Source: Pseudoalteromonas translucida KMM 520
GTDB lineage: Bacteria; Pseudomonadota; Gammaproteobacteria; Enterobacterales; Alteromonadaceae
DNA: 32,000 bases
Assembly (NCBI RefSeq): GCF_001465295.1
Contig: NZ_CP011035.1
Coordinates: 480,001 to 512,000 of the forward strand
Direction of reading: 5' to 3'
Part shown: piece by piece, positions 26,705-32,000 of the stretch
Layout of the letters: the number at the start of each line of letters is the position of its first letter
How positions within the stretch are numbered: the stretch's first letter is position 1
Notes under the pieces: generated by a model
What the model saw: only the letters and a program-made list of their open reading frames with translations
Database searches by the model: none
What the model was told of the DNA's origin: nothing
Position numbers and translations under genes: made by a program

Positions 26705-27038
26705 TTAAGTATTCACAAAATTAAAAGCATATTTAAAAATTTAAACTGCTTAACAAAAACAAAGAAGATGATAAGTTAGTTGTATTATCACTTTCCAAGT
26801 CACTGCTTTTGCACGCGATATCACTAGGGAACTGTTATTTTAAATTAATAATCAGCAGTAATATGCGTTGGCTTGGCGCCAGACGGTGCAAGGAGTGCAA
26901 CCGCTTTTGTTATGCCTATAAAAACATCGGCGCAAAAGTAATCTGCTTTACATCTTCAGTCAACAAATAAATGCTTTAATTGACTCATTTTTATAATTTG
27001 GCTGAATATAACGCTACAAACCAGAAGGATAACAATAA

Positions 27039-27545
27039 ATGCGAAGGCAATTTAATACCGAGCGATTAATTATTCGCCATGCTGTTGAAGCAGATGCTGG
27101 CGATTTATTAAAGTTGGTAAATCAAAATAGTTTTATAAAATACATTGGGGATAAAAAAATTTATACTCTTGAGGATGCCATAACCTATATTAAACAAGCT
27201 TTTAGCAACGCGCACCAATCGCAAGGTTTTGGCCCCTATGTGATCACTTTAAAAAATCAGCAATTAGTAGGAGTTGTAGGTTTTTATAGCCGTGCAATGT
27301 TGCATCACCCAGATATAGGATTTACGTTATTAACAGCGTTTGAAAAACAAGGGTATATTTACGAAGCTGCAAAAGCGTTAGTTGAAAATAAAAGTATATT
27401 TGGCATTAATAAATTATGCGCTATTACCTCAACAGATAATAGCGCATCACAAAATGTATTAATTAAGCTTGGTTTTAAGCCACAAGGGCAGGCAATAATA
27501 GATAAAGAAAGCCGCAGCGTTGTTTCTTTATTTTTATATCATTAA
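27039..27545 (+). CDS. GNAT-family N-acetyltransferase (RimJ/RimL-like)
   Basis: TERLIIRHAVEADAGDLLKLVN...VGVVGF...FEKQGYIYEAAKALV...SQNVLIKLGFK shows the GNAT acetyl-CoA-binding pattern. Confidence 0.85.
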   Translation: MRRQFNTERLIIRHAVEADAGDLLKLVNQNSFIKYIGDKKIYTLEDAITYIKQAFSNAHQSQGFGPYVITLKNQQLVGVVGFYSRAMLHHPDIGFTLLTAFEKQGYIYEAAKALVENKSIFGINKLCAITSTDNSASQNVLIKLGFKPQGQAIIDKESRSVVSLFLYH

Positions 27546-27561
27546 GTAATTTTAGTTATGA

Positions 27562-28176
27562 TTATTTAAACCGCGTTTGTTCAATTTTCTTGGCTACTGC
27601 TAGGTTGATTTCTTGCCAGGTTTTTTCAAGCGTTGCTACCAGCGCATCATAGCCGTCACCGTCGAGTTGCGTTACATTAGCAAAATTATGCAAACTTAAT
27701 AAGCGTCGGCCTGTTTCGGGATGGGTATAATATAAACGCCATAGCCCAGATATATCTGCGTTGCCTTGTAGGTCGCCATTAAAATGATGAATTTCATATT
27801 CTAATTCATAAAAAGTTTGTTGATCTAGCTCGGTGATCACCGGTAAACCTTTTATTACCATCCAGTTAGGTAGGGCATTAAAGAGTATTTGTTGTGCACT
27901 TACGGTGAGCATCGAATCAGGTGACTCACCCCATAAATGGTAGTTTGCAGCATGAATTTGATTGTGATCTATTTTCATCGCAATGCCGCGATTATTTAAG
28001 GCACCTCTTAGTACAACTGTTTGTACTCTTAATTGCGCATCAGTTGCACTTACATCTCTAGAGGAGGCAACAATAGGTTGTTCAAACTGATAATACGCGA
28101 TGGCAGTTTGAATTGATGAACTACAACCGCTAAGCAGTAAAGCGAGTAAAATAACAAAAAAAGATGATTTAACCAT
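27562..28176 (-). CDS. pqiC: PqiC-like lipoprotein (ABC-type transport auxiliary component, YmbA family)
   Basis: The lipobox is LLLSGCSS. It is 204 aa. Its ATG overlaps the pqiB stop as TAATG. It sits immediately downstream of the MCE-domain gene. Confidence 0.8.
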   Translation of the reverse strand: MVKSSFFVILLALLLSGCSSSIQTAIAYYQFEQPIVASSRDVSATDAQLRVQTVVLRGALNNRGIAMKIDHNQIHAANYHLWGESPDSMLTVSAQQILFNALPNWMVIKGLPVITELDQQTFYELEYEIHHFNGDLQGNADISGLWRLYYTHPETGRRLLSLHNFANVTQLDGDGYDALVATLEKTWQEINLAVAKKIEQTRFK

Positions 28177-29102
28177 TATTGCTTCCTTGGTTTTGGGTCT
28201 GCGGGTAATGCTTTATCAAATATAAACATATTAGGCTGCTCATTTAGGCCTTTAGTTAGCGGCTGTAGCTGCTCACTTAAACGTTTAAACTCTTGCAAGG
28301 TTTGCTGTAGCTGATTATTAAACTGCGAACCTGCTTGGTAGCTGGCCATGGTTTTATCAAATTGGCGCATAGTGACTTCAAATTGTTCCATACTCTTGGT
28401 CATTTTTTTGAAGTTTTGATTAAAGTCACCCGGTAAATTTTGTGTGTCTTTTTGGTTTAGCAAATCGCGCATGTCGTTGGCCAACCCTTGGTAGTCGCTA
28501 AAAGTGGCTTGCATTTGTGCTAAGCTATCTTCGATTTTTAGCTCGTTTACCTTATTAAGTACATCAGAAACCTGATCGGCTAATACTGTAATACCGCTAG
28601 ATATACTTGGAAAAACATCATATTGAGCCAGCTTTTCTAGTTTTGCATCAGGCGCATCGGTATAAATGTCAAAGTCGACATACACGGCACCGGTAAGTAA
28701 ATTACCCGGTTTAAGCGAAGCGCGCATGCCATTGTTTACCCAGCCATTTAAACTCGTTTGCCAATACTCTTTAGCTAAATCGTTATCGTGGTACAAGCGC
28801 CCATATTCTATTTTAATAAGCACAGGTACAGCCGTATTGTGGTTTTTAAAGTGAGCTGGTTTGCCGTTAATAATCACATTGGCAGGGGCTTCTACTACTG
28901 TACCAATTCGCGTTCCTCGGTATTCAACCGGAGCGCCAGCGCGCAGGCCACGAATTGATTGCTCAAACTCAATAAGATAGTAGTCAAAGTCGTAAAAACG
29001 CTCTTCTAGTGCTTCTTTATAGCTTTGACTAAGCGAAAAACTATGCTCATTTTGGGCAATATCGCCAGGGGCTTGTTGATCGGGTAAGCCCACCGATATA
29101 CC
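28176..29102 (-). pseudogene. pqiB: pqiB 3' fragment (MCE-domain protein, C-terminal about 304 codons) cut off by the IS insertion
   Basis: The frame continues exactly from the 5' fragment once the IS and one copy of the target duplication are removed (...KGGISV|GLPDQQAPGD...). The apparent GTG start at 29093 lies inside the target duplication, so it is an artefact of the track. Confidence 0.85.
29091..29102. repeat. Target-site duplication, left copy (CACCGATATACC)
   Basis: An identical 12-mer occurs at 30529-30540. Each copy directly abuts an IS terminal inverted repeat. Confidence 0.9.
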
Positions 29103-29106
29103 TAAT

Positions 29107-29138
29107 GCCAGTCAGTTAACACTGACTGGCTTTTTTTT
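29107..29138 (+). terminator. Inward-facing terminator-like hairpin at the IS left end
   Basis: GCCAGTCAG (29107-29115), loop TTAACA, CTGACTGGC (29122-29130), then T8 (29131-29138) on the plus strand. It overlaps the transposase stop codon on the other strand. Confidence 0.5.
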
Positions 29139-30437
29139 ATACGGATATTTAGATGGTTTCTTTTTCACACATCGTGGAAAGCTGCGCTCATGACGCCTTG
29201 TCGGTAACTGAAATAGCGTCAGCGTTTCTAATAAATGCTCATAGTGTTTTGGTAAATTTCCCGGACTTGTCAGTGGGATAGTTAACAGAAATACGTTGAT
29301 ATGCCTTGAACAATGAGAAAAACTCAGTTGATTTGGCCATACTTCCAGTAACTCTGCCGCCTCACGCATGGCTATTCTTATAATATTGTAGGCAATTAGT
29401 AACCCCCACAATTCTTGCCTTATCATATCCGGCCTTTTTGAGCGTAGGATATAGTTTGAGTGCAGCATCGTTTGTTTTATTTCTCGATATCCTATTTCTA
29501 TTTCCCAGCGATGCATGTACAAATCAGCTATTTCTTTTGATGGGTAACGCATTACATCAAGCATTGATGTAAGAATCTGATACTGCTTATTATTATGCGT
29601 GTAGGTAAGCAGCCGAGCTTCTATAAACTCTGGCAAGTCAGTAAACTTTTTTCGCGCTTGTGGCGATGTTTTAAGACGCACTAACTGGTCATTTTTACTC
29701 ATTTTCTTTATAGTATCAACCGTTAAGCCTTTTCTGACCGGTATCATCCAGTGTCTTTCAGTCCCTGCTTGATGCCAACGATGCAAAAGCCCTAATGAAT
29801 AATAACCGCGATCAAATAAGGTTAATGAGTTATCCGGTGTGCCTTCAATGAGTTCTTCAGCGAGTGTCATCTCCCCTTGATGCTGCCCGTTAAAAGCACA
29901 ATTAATGAGTTGATGACTCGTTAGCTCCATGTGGCATACCATCCGAATTTGCGGATAGGTATTTTCACCATACTGGGTTGAGCCACATCCAAATACGTCT
30001 TTATTCTCTGGCGTATCATGTGTACGAAAGACAACCCCATCAACAGCTAATAGATTTAAGCCACAAAATGTATCAAAGTGGGCATGATTATAATGCCGTG
30101 ACGCCATCATCTTGAAGACCTGCTCGACAGCACCTTCACCTAAGCGTTGTCTCGCTTGAACCATGGCACTAGGGGCAACTAGTTTCCCTTTACCTGGTAA
30201 GGCGATGTCCATTTTAGAGGCTATATCCCAAACAGATTCATGACGAAATAAACTCATACCAATCACAGACCAAACGACAGCGTCGAGTGGTAAACGACGT
30301 TTACGAACGGTGGCGACCCCCGATTTTTCAAAAGCTTGGTTAAGTAATTCGGGATCTAATATGCCAGATAAGTTATCAAGCGCTGTAAATTCCTCGGCAG
30401 ATGAGAAAGTGGTCGAAAGAGCTGTTTGAATATCCAT
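29112..30437 (-). CDS. IS4-family DDE transposase
   Basis: 441 aa. [69 protein letters not shown] and [17 protein letters not shown] closely resemble my recollection of E. coli IS4 InsG, including the Y-(2)-R-(3)-E-(6)-K signature. Confidence 0.92.
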   Translation of the reverse strand: MDIQTALSTTFSSAEEFTALDNLSGILDPELLNQAFEKSGVATVRKRRLPLDAVVWSVIGMSLFRHESVWDIASKMDIALPGKGKLVAPSAMVQARQRLGEGAVEQVFKMMASRHYNHAHFDTFCGLNLLAVDGVVFRTHDTPENKDVFGCGSTQYGENTYPQIRMVCHMELTSHQLINCAFNGQHQGEMTLAEELIEGTPDNSLTLFDRGYYSLGLLHRWHQAGTERHWMIPVRKGLTVDTIKKMSKNDQLVRLKTSPQARKKFTDLPEFIEARLLTYTHNNKQYQILTSMLDVMRYPSKEIADLYMHRWEIEIGYREIKQTMLHSNYILRSKRPDMIRQELWGLLIAYNIIRIAMREAAELLEVWPNQLSFSHCSRHINVFLLTIPLTSPGNLPKHYEHLLETLTLFQLPTRRHERSFPRCVKKKPSKYPYKKKPVSVN

Positions 30438-30441
30438 AAAA

Positions 30442-30472
30442 AATCCGTAATTAGCGAAACTAATTACGGATT
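30442..30472 (-). promoter_or_regulatory. 13-bp perfect hairpin immediately upstream of the transposase ATG
   Basis: On the minus strand: AATCCGTAATTAG, loop TTTCG, CTAATTACGGATT, then TTTT and the ATG. The 3' arm contains the only GGA that could act as a Shine-Dalgarno sequence. Confidence 0.6.
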
Positions 30473-30497
30473 ATTCACGATCATTTAGATCGGTCAA
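30470..30497 (-). promoter_or_regulatory. Candidate transposase promoter (TTGACC-16 nt-AATAAT) flanked by GATC sites
   Basis: On the minus strand, -35 is TTGACC (30497-30492) and -10 is AATAAT (30475-30470). GATC occurs at 30488-30491, 30500-30503 and 30518-30521, the last inside the right terminal repeat. Confidence 0.45.
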
Positions 30498-30528
30498 CCG
30501 ATCAATTAACCTTAACTGATCGGCATTA

Positions 30529-30540
30529 CACCGATATACC
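30529..30540. repeat. Target-site duplication, right copy (CACCGATATACC)
   Basis: Identical to 29091-29102. Confidence 0.9.
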
Positions 30541-31269
30541 GCCTTTTAAAAGTTTACTAAGCGAGCCGGTATTAATGTTTATGCCATCAGCAGAAAGGTC
30601 AATTTCTATACCAGAGTTAACCCAAAAAATAGAATTTAAGGTGATCAGGTTTTCGTAGGGTGCTTTAATAAAAATACCGTACTTCATGGCTTGGTTTTTC
30701 CAATCAAATGTCGCGGTTTCTATTTGCCCAATTTTATAGTTTTTGAAAAATATACCGGTACTTACTTCAAGTACCTCAGCGTTGTAGCTCAATAACTTAA
30801 AGCGTCCACCTTTAACATCTTTACCGATTAAGGCAGGCTCGTCTTGTAGTTCAAACTTTTCTTTTTTCTTTTTGCTTTCACCTGGCGAAAACTCTAAATA
30901 CACACCTGATAAAAGCGTACTCATGCCACTAATGCCGGTTTCATCTATACGCGGTTTTACCACCCAAATTTTGGCATCTTCGGTGAGTAAGTTATCGTAG
31001 TTTTTATCAATTTGAGCGCGGGCAATAACACTGTCTTGCGTGTCGGATAAACGCACATGATCTATTTGGCCAATTTTAACACTGCGTACTTTAATTTCGG
31101 TTTTACCCGCAACTATCCCCTCCGCTTGTGGCATGGTTATATAAATAGTGGGGCCTAAATTAGTTTGGTATTGATACAGCATCCAAACCCCCACAAGCAG
31201 GGCAATAACGGGAATAATCCAAATTGCAGAAATTTTTGATTTTTGTTTAATATTAGCGGTTTCGGTCAT
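30529..31269 (-). pseudogene. pqiB: pqiB 5' fragment (N-terminal TM plus first MCE domains, 247 codons)
   Basis: MTETANIKQKSKISAIWIIPVIALLVGVWMLY...IYITMPQAEGIVAGKTEIKVRSVKIGQI is typical of the PqiB N-terminus. The frame runs into a TAA formed by the IS end (30528-30526). Its ATG overlaps the pqiA stop as ATGA. Confidence 0.85.
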
Positions 31270-32000
31270 GCATTATTCTCTGCGTTATTATTTTTAGGTG
31301 AATCCCATAGCAAACGTGGGTCAAAGGCGTGAGCTGCCATCATTTGACATAGTACCATAACAGTAAAAAAGGCAACGCCTAAGCCGGGCGTTACCGACAT
31401 TAAGTTACCCAATTGTACCAAAGCAACTAAAATGGCCACAACAAATACATCAATCATAGACCATTTCCCAATAAATTCAGTAAGTTGATAAATACGTGTA
31501 TACCCTATGGTGTGATCATTTGCGGGTTTGGCAACCATAAAGCACAAAAAGCTCAATACTAAAGCCTTTGCAAGTGGGACTACAACACTGGCAATAAATA
31601 TAATCATGGCAATAGGGTATGAGCCATTTTTCCACAGTGCAATAACACCAGCAATTAAGGTTGAAGGACTTTCATCGCCTAAACTGGTGGTATACATAAT
31701 GGGTAAAACATTGGCTGGAATATAGCAAATAATAGAGGTAATTAACCAAGCGGTAGCTTTTTGTACACTGTTGGGGTTTCTAATATAGGTTTTACTATGG
31801 CAGCGATTACAAACACTTTGCGTGCATAGTTGATGGCACACATGACAAGCTTTAATATCGTTATCAATGGCGCGATGAGTAAGGTTTATATTTTCAAGTT
31901 TTTCTACTGGGCCAATTTGTGCCCACAAGCGGGGGCGGTTTAAATGCGTTAACGCACTAATATATAAAATAACAAAACCCACATAAGCCCAAAAGCTCAC
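31266..32000 (-). CDS. pqiA: PqiA-family inner-membrane protein, C-terminal part (gene continues beyond the right edge)
   Basis: A CxxC...CxxC cluster (CHVCHQLCTQSVCNRCH) is followed by TM segments, as in the second repeat of PqiA. The M at the track start is only the window edge. Confidence 0.8.
   Translation of the reverse strand: MSFWAYVGFVILYISALTHLNRPRLWAQIGPVEKLENINLTHRAIDNDIKACHVCHQLCTQSVCNRCHSKTYIRNPNSVQKATAWLITSIICYIPANVLPIMYTTSLGDESPSTLIAGVIALWKNGSYPIAMIIFIASVVVPLAKALVLSFLCFMVAKPANDHTIGYTRIYQLTEFIGKWSMIDVFVVAILVALVQLGNLMSVTPGLGVAFFTVMVLCQMMAAHAFDPRLLWDSPKNNNAENNA

Larger units (their letters stand above)
29103..30528 (-). mobile_element. Complete IS4-family insertion sequence, 1426 bp
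   Basis: The terminal inverted repeats are TAATGCCAGTCAGTTAAC (29103-29120) and the reverse complement of 30511-30528, TAATGCCGATCAGTTAAG; they match at 15 of 18 positions. The element has a single 441-aa DDE transposase ORF and is flanked by a perfect 12-bp direct repeat. Confidence 0.92.

Noticed and set aside
26764-26958. Lysine riboswitch (L-box) upstream of the NhaC-family gene
   Set aside because: I looked on the correct strand for the conserved AGAGGYGC, GGGGAGC...GCCGAAG and CTGTCA cores and found none. There is only a loose GGCGCCAAG. I kept it solely as a low-interest 'long leader' finding.
29091-29093. GTG start for a stand-alone 305-aa gene at 28176-29093
   Set aside because: The GTG lies within the IS target duplication, and the reading frame is the direct continuation of the pqiB 5' fragment. 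This is a gene fragment, not an independent gene.
960-31725. Short antisense or overlapping track ORFs inside larger genes: 960-1286, 1658-1894, 4544-4825, 7190-7402, 9724-9915, 10854-11107, 11660-11935, 16283-16471, 17580-17771, 18936-19181, 19742-19927, 20078-20263, 20617-20811, 21993-22205, 22437-22619, 22746-23006, 26409-26708, 28666-28854, 31528-31725
   Set aside because: Each lies wholly within, or overlaps, a long ORF that has strong family motifs. None has recognisable motifs or convincing start signals. Such ORFs are expected by chance in this composition.

Overview
AT-rich chromosomal segment. Its gene content looks like a marine gammaproteobacterium of the Alteromonadales or Pseudoalteromonas type; that is an inference, not a search result. 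I see no rRNA, tRNA or CRISPR.

From left to right:
1. An ECF sigma / RskA-like anti-sigma pair sits next to a DUF4331 gene and a cadherin-like lipoprotein gene. Both units carry the same ECF-type promoter motif.
2. A membrane protein fuses a PTPMT1-like phosphatase to a YegS-like lipid kinase.
3. Small conserved genes follow, then homogentisate catabolism (hmgA-maiA, no fahA) with a divergent MarR regulator.
4. An apparent extracellular nucleic-acid scavenging cluster holds two tandem Oar-like TonB-dependent receptors, one apparently co-transcribed with a secreted S1/P1 nuclease, plus a lipoprotein 5'-nucleotidase.
5. Embedded in that cluster is an uncharacterised two-gene membrane module behind a perfect 24-bp palindrome: an anchored PhnD-like binding protein and a 2-TM protein with a C-terminal OmpR-like winged-helix region. 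I consider this the best candidate for an undescribed system.
6. Next come a cyclophilin with a GlyGly-CTERM-like tail, a MAPEG protein, an M16 pitrilysin-like lipoprotein, an NhaC-family transporter with a long leader, and a GNAT.
7. A pqiABC operon ends the window. Its pqiB is split by a complete 1426-bp IS4-family element with a perfect 12-bp target duplication.

All calls come from reading the translations and DNA by eye. No searches were run.
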